DNA from: Pseudomonas aeruginosa PAO1
Lineage (GTDB): Bacteria > Pseudomonadota > Gammaproteobacteria > Pseudomonadales > Pseudomonadaceae
DNA: 64,000 bases
Assembly (NCBI RefSeq): GCF_000006765.1
Contig: NC_002516.2
Reading direction: 5' to 3' (one strand)
Shown here: piece by piece, positions 44,938 through 55,214 of the stretch
Layout of the letters: every line of letters begins with the position of its first letter
How positions within the stretch are numbered: position 1 is the first letter of the stretch
Position numbers and translations under genes: made by a program
Notes under the pieces: model-generated
Databases searched by the model: none
What the model saw: only the letters and a program-made list of their open reading frames with translations
What the model was told of the DNA's origin: nothing

Positions 44938-45858
44938 TCAGGGGCGCGATGTTATCAGGCGGGCCGCCTCCGGCTCCAGTAAACGACCGGTGTCGGCCGG
45001 CAGGCGGCTGATCAGGAAATCGAGGAAGGCCTTGACCTTCATCGCCTGGAAACGCCGCGAAGGATAGACCGCATACAGTTCGCCGACCGGCAACGGCACG
45101 TCCGCCAGCAAACGCACCAGACGCCCGCTGTGCACGCTCTCCGCACAGATCAGCGCCGGCAGCGCGGCAATGCCGGCACCGGCGACCACCGCCTCGCGGG
45201 CGAAGGTGATGTTGTTGCAGGACAGCACCCGCTGGCAGGGCAGGCTGTCTCCGGAAAGCGGCCAGTAGCGCTGGGAGTCGGTGGACAGAAGGACCGCGCG
45301 ATGCCCGGCAAGCTCGGCCACCGATGTCGGCGTGCCGTGCGCCGCCAGGTAGTCGGGGCTGGCGCAGAGCCAGCGGCTGGTAGAGAGCAGGCGACGGGCC
45401 ACCAGGGTGGAATCCTCCGGCTGGCCGACCATGATCACGATGTCGACGCCCTCCTGCAGCGGATCGACGCTGCGCGAGGCCAGCTCGACCTCGGCGGTGA
45501 TCTGCGGGTACTGGCGCATGAAGTCGCCCAGCAGGCTGGCGAGGAACATCTGGCCGAACTCTATCGGCGAGGTAATCCGCAGCAATCCCGACGGCGCCTG
45601 CTGCAACTGCATGACCGCCTGCTCGGCCTCGGCGAAATCGTGCATGATCTGCCGGCAGCGCTCGTAGTAGGCCTGCCCTACTTCGGTCAGGCGCAACTTG
45701 CGGGTAGTGCGATTGAGCAGGCGCACGCCCAGGCGCTCCTCCAGCAGGGCGATGCGCCGGCTCACCGTGGACTTCTGCATGCCCAGGCTCTGCGCGGCCT
45801 GGGTGAAGCTGTGGTACTCCACCACGCGGGTGAAGATCAGCGCATCATCAAGCCCCAT
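44938..45858 (-). CDS. LysR-family regulator
   Basis: SFTQAAQSLGMQKSTVSRRIALLE, LLNRTTR. Confidence 0.95.
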   Translation of the reverse strand: MGLDDALIFTRVVEYHSFTQAAQSLGMQKSTVSRRIALLEERLGVRLLNRTTRKLRLTEVGQAYYERCRQIMHDFAEAEQAVMQLQQAPSGLLRITSPIEFGQMFLASLLGDFMRQYPQITAEVELASRSVDPLQEGVDIVIMVGQPEDSTLVARRLLSTSRWLCASPDYLAAHGTPTSVAELAGHRAVLLSTDSQRYWPLSGDSLPCQRVLSCNNITFAREAVVAGAGIAALPALICAESVHSGRLVRLLADVPLPVGELYAVYPSRRFQAMKVKAFLDFLISRLPADTGRLLEPEAARLITSRP

Positions 45859-45860
45859 TA

Positions 45861-45929
45861 TTGTTCCCTATAAGCAACAAAGAGTCCGAAGTGTAGCGCC
45901 TATAACGTCCGGCGGAACACTGCTAGATT
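45861..45929 (+). promoter_or_regulatory. LysR site plus extended -10 for the efflux operon
   Basis: TTGTT-N10-AACAA (45861-45880) centred about 65 bp upstream of the start site implied by TG-c-TAGATT (45921-45929). Confidence 0.55.
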
Positions 45930-45960
45930 GGCCGAATTTTGCCGACGGAACACTCCACCC

Positions 45961-46995
45961 ATGCCCGCCCAACTCAAACGTCGCCTGACCGTCTTCCTGG
46001 TGGCCGTCGGCCTGATCGCCCTGGCCTTCTTCCTGCACTGGTGGTTCATCGGCCGCCACGTGGAAAGCACCGACAACGCCTACGTCCAGGGCGAGATCAC
46101 GCGGGTGGCCAGCCAGTTGGGCGCGCGGGTCGAGGAAGTCCTGGTGCGCGACAACCAGCACGTGGACAAGGGGCAGCTACTGGTACGCCTGGAAGACGCC
46201 GACTTCAAGCTCGCCGTCGAGCGCGCCCAGGCCGCGCTGGCCACCCGCGAGGCGGAACTGGCCCAGGCGCGCAGCAAGCTGGTGCAGCAGGGCAGCCTGA
46301 TCGCCGCCAGCGCCGCCGACGTCAACGCCAGCCAGGCAACCCTCGGTCGCGCACAGATCGACCTGAACCGCGCCGAAGCCTTGCGCAAGCCCGGCTACGT
46401 TTCCGAGGAACGGGTCACCACCCTCACCGCCGACAACCATGTGGCTCGCTCGCAACTGGCCAAGGCCCGCGCCGACCTCGAGGCACAACGCGTCCAGCGC
46501 GACACCCTGGGCGCCGAGATCAAGCGCCTGGAAGCGCAGATCGCCAGCGCCCGCACCGAACTGGCGCAAGCCGAAATCAACCTGTCACGCACCCTGATCC
46601 ATTCGCCGATCAGCGGCCTGGTCGGCCAGCGCAGCGCACGCAACGGCCAGTACGTGCAGGTCGGCACCCATTTGCTGTCGCTGGTGCCGGACGAAGACAT
46701 CTGGGTCCAGGCCAACTTCAAGGAGACCCAGGTGGGCCGCATGCGCGACGGGCAGAAGGCGCGCCTGACCTTCGACGCCTTCCCCGACACGCCTATCGAC
46801 GGCCGCATCGATAGCCTGTTCGCCGCTTCCGGCGCGCAGTTCAGCCTGCTGCCACCGGACAACGCCACCGGAAACTTCACCAAGGTGGTGCAACGCATCC
46901 CGGTGAAGATCGTGTTCGAGGCCGACAACCCGCTGCATGGCCGCATCCGCCCCGGCATGTCCGTCGAAGCCGAGGTCGAGCTCCGTGACCGCTGA
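45961..46995 (+). CDS. EmrA-like membrane fusion protein (HlyD family)
   Basis: STDNAYV, V.KGQLL, ANFKET, NATGNFTKVVQRIPVKI. Confidence 0.93.
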   Translation: MPAQLKRRLTVFLVAVGLIALAFFLHWWFIGRHVESTDNAYVQGEITRVASQLGARVEEVLVRDNQHVDKGQLLVRLEDADFKLAVERAQAALATREAELAQARSKLVQQGSLIAASAADVNASQATLGRAQIDLNRAEALRKPGYVSEERVTTLTADNHVARSQLAKARADLEAQRVQRDTLGAEIKRLEAQIASARTELAQAEINLSRTLIHSPISGLVGQRSARNGQYVQVGTHLLSLVPDEDIWVQANFKETQVGRMRDGQKARLTFDAFPDTPIDGRIDSLFAASGAQFSLLPPDNATGNFTKVVQRIPVKIVFEADNPLHGRIRPGMSVEAEVELRDR

Positions 46996-48544
46996 GGCGC
47001 TGGCCCGGCCGCTTGGCGAACCGACCCGGCGCGACTGGATCGCGGTGCTCAGCGCCATGCTCGGCGCATTCATGGCGGTGCTCGACATCCAGATCACCAA
47101 CTCCTCGCTGAAGGACATCCAGGGCGCGCTGGCGGCGACCCTCGAGGAAGGCTCGTGGATCTCCACCTCCTACCTGGTGGCGGAGATCATCATGATCCCG
47201 ATGACCGCCTGGCTGGTGCAGCTGCTCTCGGCACGCCGCCTGGCGGTGATGATCTCGGTGGGCTTCCTGGTGTCCTCGCTGCTCTGCTCGTTCGCCTGGA
47301 ACCTGGAAAGCATGATCGTGTTCCGCGCCATGCAGGGTTTCACCGGCGGCGCGCTGATTCCGCTGGCGTTCACCCTGGCCCTGGTCAAGTTGCCGGAACA
47401 CCACCGTCCGAAGGGCATGGCGCTGTTCGCCATCACCGCCACCTTCGCGCCCTCCATCGGACCGACCCTGGGAGGCTGGCTGACGGAAAACTTCGGCTGG
47501 GAATACATCTTCTATATCAACGTGCCGCCGGGCCTGTTGATGATCGCCGGGCTGCTCTACGGCCTGGAGAAAAAGGCGCCGCATTGGGAACTGCTGAAGA
47601 GTACCGACTACGCCGGCATCGTCACCCTCGGCATCGGCCTGGGCTGCCTGCAGGTTTTCCTCGAGGAAGGTCACCGCAAGGACTGGCTGGAGTCGCAACT
47701 GATCGTCAGCCTCGGCAGCGTCGCCCTGTTCAGCCTGGTCCTGTTCGTCATCCTGCAACTGTCGCGGCCAAACCCGCTGATCGACCTGGGCATCCTGCGC
47801 AACCGCAACTTCGGCCTCGCGAGCATTTCCAGCATCGGTCTGGGCATGGGCCTGTACGGCTCGATCTACGTACTGCCGCTGTACCTGGCACAAATCCAGG
47901 GCTACAACGCCATGCAGATCGGCGAGGTGATCATGTGGATGGGCATTCCCCAGCTGTTCCTGATCCCGCTGGTCCCGAAGTTGATGAAGCTGGTCTCGCC
48001 GCGCCTGCTCTGCGCCGCCGGCTTCGGCCTGTTCGGCCTTGCCAGCTTCTTCTCCGGGGTGCTCAACCCGGACTTCGCCGGACCGCAGTTCAACCAGATC
48101 CAGCTACTGCGCGCCCTCGGCCAGCCGATGATCATGGTGACCATTTCGCTGATCGCCACCGCCTACCTGCAGCCACAGGATGCCGGCTCGGCCTCGAGCC
48201 TGTTCAACATCCTGCGCAACCTCGGCGGCGCCATCGGCATCGCCCTGCTCGCGACCCTGCTCGACAGTCGCGCCAAGGTGTACTTCGACTATCTGCGCGA
48301 AGCCCTGGTGCCGACCAACCCGCAGGTCGACGAACGCCTCGCGCAACTCGCCGCGCAACTGGGCAGCCAGCAGGCGGCGCTGGGCAAACTCAGCGAGATC
48401 ACCCACCAGCAGGCGATGATCATGGCCTACAACGATGCTTTCCATGTCATCGGCATGGTGCTCGCAGTGAGCATGCTCGCGGTGCTGCTGACCCGCTCGC
48501 TGCCGGCCGGCATCGGCGCCCGCGCCGACGCCGGGGCTCACTGA
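46985..48544 (+). CDS. EmrB/DHA2-family MFS efflux transporter
   Basis: GTG start; FMAVLDIQITN, WISTSYL, FRAMQG, GPTLGG, about 14 TM segments. Confidence 0.93.
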   Translation: MTAEALARPLGEPTRRDWIAVLSAMLGAFMAVLDIQITNSSLKDIQGALAATLEEGSWISTSYLVAEIIMIPMTAWLVQLLSARRLAVMISVGFLVSSLLCSFAWNLESMIVFRAMQGFTGGALIPLAFTLALVKLPEHHRPKGMALFAITATFAPSIGPTLGGWLTENFGWEYIFYINVPPGLLMIAGLLYGLEKKAPHWELLKSTDYAGIVTLGIGLGCLQVFLEEGHRKDWLESQLIVSLGSVALFSLVLFVILQLSRPNPLIDLGILRNRNFGLASISSIGLGMGLYGSIYVLPLYLAQIQGYNAMQIGEVIMWMGIPQLFLIPLVPKLMKLVSPRLLCAAGFGLFGLASFFSGVLNPDFAGPQFNQIQLLRALGQPMIMVTISLIATAYLQPQDAGSASSLFNILRNLGGAIGIALLATLLDSRAKVYFDYLREALVPTNPQVDERLAQLAAQLGSQQAALGKLSEITHQQAMIMAYNDAFHVIGMVLAVSMLAVLLTRSLPAGIGARADAGAH

Positions 48545-48547
48545 GGT

Positions 48548-50560
<2,013 letters not shown>

Positions 50561-50747
50561 GAAAAACCTCGCAGGGAGCTGTGACGCCAAGGAAAATCCG
50601 GCGTCAGAAATAGCTGAAAGCATGCACCTAAATGTCGCCGCATGCATCAAGGGGTGTCTATAATAACCCCCCGTTTGCGCAACCCTTTGCGCCCCCGCAT
50701 AACGGGTTGCGTTGCCCTCCTCTCTTCACACTCCGAGCAGCCGCAAA

Positions 50748-51944
50748 ATGAGTCTGTTTTCTGCCGTCGAAATGGCACCGCGTGATCCCATCCTTGGCCT
50801 GAACGAAGCCTTCAACGCCGATACCCGTCCGGGCAAGATCAACCTGGGCGTGGGCGTGTACTACAACGAGGAGGGGCGCATTCCGCTGTTGCGTGCCGTG
50901 CAGGCTGCCGAGAAGGCCCGCATCGAGGCCCACGCGCCGCGCGGCTACCTGCCGATCGAAGGGATCGCCGCCTACGACCAGGGCGTACAGAAACTGCTGT
51001 TCGGTAACGAGTCCGAGCTGCTGGCCGCCGGCCGTGTGGTCACGACCCAGGCCGTCGGCGGCACCGGCGCGCTCAAGCTCGGCGCCGACTTCCTCAAGCG
51101 CCTGCTGCCCGACGCCACCGTGGCCATCAGCGACCCGAGCTGGGAAAACCACCGCGCACTGTTCGAAGCCGCCGGCTTCCCGGTGCAGAACTACCGCTAT
51201 TACGACGCCGCCAGCAATGGCGTGAACCGCGCCGGCCTGCTGGAAGACCTGAATGCCCTGCCGGCCCGCTCGATCGTGGTTCTGCACGCCTGCTGCCATA
51301 ATCCGACCGGCGTCGATCTCGAGCTGGACGACTGGAAACAGGTGCTGGACGTGCTCAAGGCCAAGGGCCACGTGCCGTTCCTCGACATCGCCTACCAGGG
51401 CTTCGGCAACGGCATCGAGGAAGACGCCGCCGCGGTGCGCCTGTTCGCCCAGTCGGGCCTGAGCTTCTTCGTTTCCAGCTCGTTCTCCAAATCCTTCTCG
51501 CTCTATGGCGAACGCGTCGGCGCCCTCTCGATCGTGACCGAAAGCCGCGATGAATCGGCCCGCGTGCTGTCCCAGGTGAAGCGGGTGATCCGCACCAACT
51601 ATTCGAACCCACCGACCCACGGCGCCAGCGTCGTCTCCTCCGTGCTCAACAGCCCGGAACTGCGGGCCCTCTGGGAGCAGGAACTGGGCGAGATGCGCGA
51701 CCGCATCCGCGACATGCGCCTGGCGATGGTCGAGCAACTGGCAGCCCACGGCGCCAAGCGCGACTTCAGCTTCGTCGGTCGCCAACGTGGCATGTTCTCC
51801 TATTCCGGCCTGACCGCCGACCAGGTCGAGCGCCTGAAGACCGAGTTCGGTATCTACGCCGTCAGCACCGGCCGTATCTGCGTCGCCGCGCTGAACAAAT
51901 CGAACCTGGAGACCATCACCAAGGCCATCGTCCAGGTCCTGTAG
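50748..51944 (+). CDS. aspC: Aspartate/aromatic amino acid aminotransferase (AspC/TyrB family)
   Basis: 398 aa from MSLFS; DPILG, HACCHNPTG, DIAYQGF, SFSKSFSLYGERVG. Confidence 0.9.
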   Translation: MSLFSAVEMAPRDPILGLNEAFNADTRPGKINLGVGVYYNEEGRIPLLRAVQAAEKARIEAHAPRGYLPIEGIAAYDQGVQKLLFGNESELLAAGRVVTTQAVGGTGALKLGADFLKRLLPDATVAISDPSWENHRALFEAAGFPVQNYRYYDAASNGVNRAGLLEDLNALPARSIVVLHACCHNPTGVDLELDDWKQVLDVLKAKGHVPFLDIAYQGFGNGIEEDAAAVRLFAQSGLSFFVSSSFSKSFSLYGERVGALSIVTESRDESARVLSQVKRVIRTNYSNPPTHGASVVSSVLNSPELRALWEQELGEMRDRIRDMRLAMVEQLAAHGAKRDFSFVGRQRGMFSYSGLTADQVERLKTEFGIYAVSTGRICVAALNKSNLETITKAIVQVL

Positions 51945-51951
51945 GGAAAAT

Positions 51952-51988
51952 GGGGAAGTCATCGGGAGAGGCTTGACTTCCCCTTTTT
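51952..51988 (+). terminator. aspC terminator overlapping the tRNA-Asn -35
   Basis: GGGGAAGTCA-12 nt-TGACTTCCCC-TTTTT. Confidence 0.75.
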
Positions 51989-52000
51989 AATCAGTAACAT
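51973..52000 (+). promoter_or_regulatory. sigma70 promoter for tRNA-Asn
   Basis: TTGACT-16 bp-TAACAT. Confidence 0.7.
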
Positions 52001-52012
52001 ACGCCTCGCTGT

Positions 52013-52088
52013 TCCGCGATAGCTCAGTCGGTAGAGCAAATGACTGTTAATCATTGGGTCCCTGGTTCGAGTCCAGGTCGCGGAGCCA
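52013..52088 (+). tRNA. tRNA-Asn(GTT)
   Basis: 76 nt TCCGCGA...TCGCGGA-G-CCA, anticodon loop CTGTTAA. Confidence 0.97.
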
Positions 52089-52093
52089 AATTC

Positions 52094-52123
52094 AAAGCCC
52101 TCGGCACATGCCGGGGGCTTTTT
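52094..52123 (+). terminator. tRNA-Asn terminator
   Basis: AAAGCCCTCGGCA-CA-TGCCGGGGGCTTTTT. Confidence 0.88.
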
Positions 52124-52160
52124 CGTTATCGGGACGAAAGTTCGCCCCTTCAGTCGCACC

Positions 52161-52490
52161 TCACTCGATGACGATCCGCGCCCGGTTCTTCTCCAGCAAC
52201 GCCGGGCCTACCCCTTTCACTTCCAGCAGTTGATCCACCGAGACGAACGGACCATGGGCCGCACGATACTCGAGGATCGCCCTGGCCTTGGCCTCGCCGA
52301 CACCGTTGAGCCCCCGTATCAGGGCGGCCTCGTCGACCGTATTGATATTGACCTGCTCCCCCGGCGACACGGTCGTCGCAGGTGTCGTTGCGGCCAGCGG
52401 ATTCTTGGCGACGGCGACCGGTGCGGCGGAAGCCGAAAACGGAAGACAGGCGAACAGGATGAGAAGCAGAGCGGATTTGATTAGGTGCAT
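52161..52490 (-). CDS. comEA: ComEA-like exported helix-hairpin-helix DNA-binding protein
   Basis: Signal peptide; VNINT..L..L.GVGEAKA.AI..YR...GPF.SV..L..VKGVG. Confidence 0.85.
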   Translation of the reverse strand: MHLIKSALLLILFACLPFSASAAPVAVAKNPLAATTPATTVSPGEQVNINTVDEAALIRGLNGVGEAKARAILEYRAAHGPFVSVDQLLEVKGVGPALLEKNRARIVIE

Positions 52491-52636
52491 GGGTGCACTC
52501 CTTCAGAGATGAATGACCACGTAGAGGGCTTCATGCCCATCCACGAAACCACCTTATCGCCGTGGAACGCACCTGGATCGACAGCCCCAGCAAAGCAGTC
52601 GCTTCCTGGTCCGGCACCGGAAACATCGTACGGAGA

Positions 52637-52665
52637 AAACAAAAAAGGCCGCTAGGCGGCCTTTT
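52637..52665 (-). terminator. Terminator after wbpM
   Basis: AAAAGGCCGC-TAG-GCGGCCTTTT with a long U-tract on the minus strand. Confidence 0.85.
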
Positions 52666-52680
52666 CCGGAGAACGATGAC

Positions 52681-54678
52681 TCAGGGTTCTCGCCGCCTCT
52701 GGCGATAGATCCAGTCGACGATTTCACCGTCAGGCGCATAGCCGCTGACGGTTTCCCGCAGCAACTGGCGAACCCGCGAGTAGTCGTCCTTCTCCACGGC
52801 GGCCAGCAACTGCTCCAGCACGACCTTGAAGGCCTCCCAGCTCAGGTGTTCCTCGTTGGCCCGCATGATCATCGGATGGTCGGTGGGATTCACGTTGTCA
52901 CCGATCAGCAGCTCTTCGTAGAGCTTCTCGCCAGGACGCAGGCCACTGAACTCGATGGCGATGTCACCATGGGGCGAACGCTCGGAACGCACGCTCAGGC
53001 CGGACAGGTGGATCATCTTCTCGGCGAGCTCCAGGATCTTCACCGGCGGCCCCATGTCCAGCACGAATACATCTCCGCCCTGCCCCATCGAACCGGCCTG
53101 GATGACCAACTGCGCTGCCTCGGGAATGGTCATGAAGTAACGGGTGATGCTCGGGTGGGTGACCGTCACCGGGCCGCCGCGCTTGATCTGCTCGCGGAAC
53201 AGCGGAATGACCGAACCGGACGAACCGAGGACGTTGCCGAAGCGGACCATGGTGAAACGGGTCTTGTTGACGTGATGCACGTCCTTCCGATCGCCGAACA
53301 GCACCGGTGCCGATTCGTTGCTGAGCGCCTGAAGGACCATCTCCGCCAGGCGCTTGGTGCTGCCCATCACATTGGTCGGTCGCACCGCCTTGTCGGTGGA
53401 AATCAGCACGAAGTTCTGCACGCCGACCTGCACCGCGGCCTGCACCGCATGCAAGGTGCCTATCACGTTGTTGAGAACGCCCTCGGCGATGTTGTGCTCG
53501 ACGATCGGCACATGCTTGTAGGCCGCCGCATGGTAGACGGTATTGACCTTCCAGGTACGCATCACGTCCACCAGGCGCTCGGGATTGCGCACCGAACCGA
53601 GGATCGGCAACAGGTTCACCGAAAGCGACTCGCGCTTGATCCGACGCTCCAGTTCCTGATGGATGCTATAGAGGTTGTATTCGCTGTGCTCGAACAGGAT
53701 CAGCACGCTAGGCGAACAACTCATGATCTGCCGACAGAGTTCCGAACCGATAGAGCCGCCCGCCCCGGTCACCATCACCACCTGACCGCGGATGCACCGT
53801 TCCAGCAGCTCCTTGCGCGGTGCGACGCTGTCGCGCCCCAGCAGGTCAGCGATGTCCACCTCCTGCAGGTCGTCCACCTTGACCCGGCCGCTGGCCAGGT
53901 CCATGAAGCCGGGCATGCTGCGCACGTGCAGCGGGAACGGCTCCAGGGACTCGAGAATCTCTCGGCGCCGGGCCCGAGTGGCGGAAGGAATCGCCAGGAG
54001 AACCTCCTGCGCGCCCGTCTCGTCGATCATCTGGCGGATATGCTTGGCGGTATAGACCCGCAGACCGGCGATGACCCGGTTGGCGATCTGCTTGTCATCA
54101 TCGATGAACGCCACCGGACGCATCGCCCGACCGAGACGCAATGCCGCAACCAACTGGTTGCCGGCCGCCCCCGCGCCATAGATAGCCACCCTGGGCAGGC
54201 CATCCTGGCGGTTGAGAAATGGTACCGACTGCACAGCAGAGTACCAGTCTCCCATGAAATACTGGCGCATGGCCAGACGCAAGCCGCCGATCAGCAGCAT
54301 GCTCAACCACCAGTAGTTGAACACCAGGGAACGCGGCACCACCGCCGGCGGGGAGCGGTACCAGTAGACCAGCAACGACAGGACCAGCGCGGAAATGGTG
54401 ACGGCCTTGGCGATCGCGATAAGGGCGTCGTTGCCCAGGTAGCGCATCACCGCCCGGTACATGCCGAAGCGGATGAACAGGGGAATGGCCACCAACGGGG
54501 CGGCGATGAACAGCCAGGCATGGCCGCTAAACGGGCTGATCATGTCTTCTGTGCCCAACCTGACCAAGAAAGCCAGCCAGAGGGATAGCCACACAAGAGT
54601 CACATCGGCAGCGACTTGCAGCATTCGCTTATAGCGGCGCGGCAATCCCAGGAGCTTTATCCTCAAATTATCCAACAT
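52681..54678 (-). CDS. wbpM: UDP-GlcNAc 4,6-dehydratase (CapD-like), membrane anchored
   Basis: 665 aa; four N-terminal TMs, GAGAAG, TGAGGSIGSE, HAAAYKHVP, STDKAV, MGSTK, RFGNVLGSSGSV, RPGEKLYEEL. Confidence 0.97.
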   Translation of the reverse strand: MLDNLRIKLLGLPRRYKRMLQVAADVTLVWLSLWLAFLVRLGTEDMISPFSGHAWLFIAAPLVAIPLFIRFGMYRAVMRYLGNDALIAIAKAVTISALVLSLLVYWYRSPPAVVPRSLVFNYWWLSMLLIGGLRLAMRQYFMGDWYSAVQSVPFLNRQDGLPRVAIYGAGAAGNQLVAALRLGRAMRPVAFIDDDKQIANRVIAGLRVYTAKHIRQMIDETGAQEVLLAIPSATRARRREILESLEPFPLHVRSMPGFMDLASGRVKVDDLQEVDIADLLGRDSVAPRKELLERCIRGQVVMVTGAGGSIGSELCRQIMSCSPSVLILFEHSEYNLYSIHQELERRIKRESLSVNLLPILGSVRNPERLVDVMRTWKVNTVYHAAAYKHVPIVEHNIAEGVLNNVIGTLHAVQAAVQVGVQNFVLISTDKAVRPTNVMGSTKRLAEMVLQALSNESAPVLFGDRKDVHHVNKTRFTMVRFGNVLGSSGSVIPLFREQIKRGGPVTVTHPSITRYFMTIPEAAQLVIQAGSMGQGGDVFVLDMGPPVKILELAEKMIHLSGLSVRSERSPHGDIAIEFSGLRPGEKLYEELLIGDNVNPTDHPMIMRANEEHLSWEAFKVVLEQLLAAVEKDDYSRVRQLLRETVSGYAPDGEIVDWIYRQRRREP

Positions 54679-54763
54679 CCTATTTATCAGCCCCGTTCAA
54701 TACATCCATACCAACCAGACAGATCAGACAGATAACCATGGCAACAATATGGCAAGGCCCACG

Positions 54764-55196
54764 CTACGTCTCAGGACATCCCCTCCCAAGACTCGTCGCC
54801 ATCCAAGCCATAGGAGCATACGCGATAAGCCCCCAAGTACTCCGTCGATAATGCTTAGTACTACCAGCAATGCTAGGGTAATAACCAGAAGAAACTGATC
54901 ACAGCCACAAAGGATAACCGGCAAATGCCACTTCAGCACGACACCAACGTGCCATCATGCGTGACTCGATAGCTCTGCCGAATTTTATCGCCTCATAACA
55001 AACGATGCAGCAGCAAAGTAAAAGTGACATCGAACACGAGCACGTCGAGTGGAATCAGCCAGCGTCCGAGCAGGATGCAAAAACCCGCCCCCCCATGGCA
55101 ATGCTCAAAAAATCACTGCCAGGCCCCTGAAAACACACGCAGGGAAAATCCCAGATCAGCTCCACATGCACGGATCGCCACAGCACCGTCGATACC
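54764..55196 (-). pseudogene. Frameshifted 3' remnant of a second wbpL-like (WecA/MraY family) gene
   Basis: Manual multi-frame reading: LIWDFP..F.G.GSDFL / WLIPLDVLVFDVTFTL..RLL*GDK / SHA*....HLPV / WLLP/LALLVVLSIIDGVLGGL/AYAP...GCPET*. Colinear with the C-terminal third of WbpL at 56428-57447. Confidence 0.85.
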
Positions 55197-55214
55197 TATC
55201 ACAAGGATCGTAGA

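Noticed and set aside
50561-50747. SOS (LexA) box upstream of uvrB
   Set aside because: No CTG-N10-CAG found by eye; only a TGACGCC/GGCGTCA hairpin and a bare TATAAT (50659-50664) facing aspC.
54724-54939. 71-aa hydrophobic ORF upstream of wbpM
   Set aside because: Part of it is one frame of the wbpL-like pseudogene; better explained as a relic than as a new membrane peptide.
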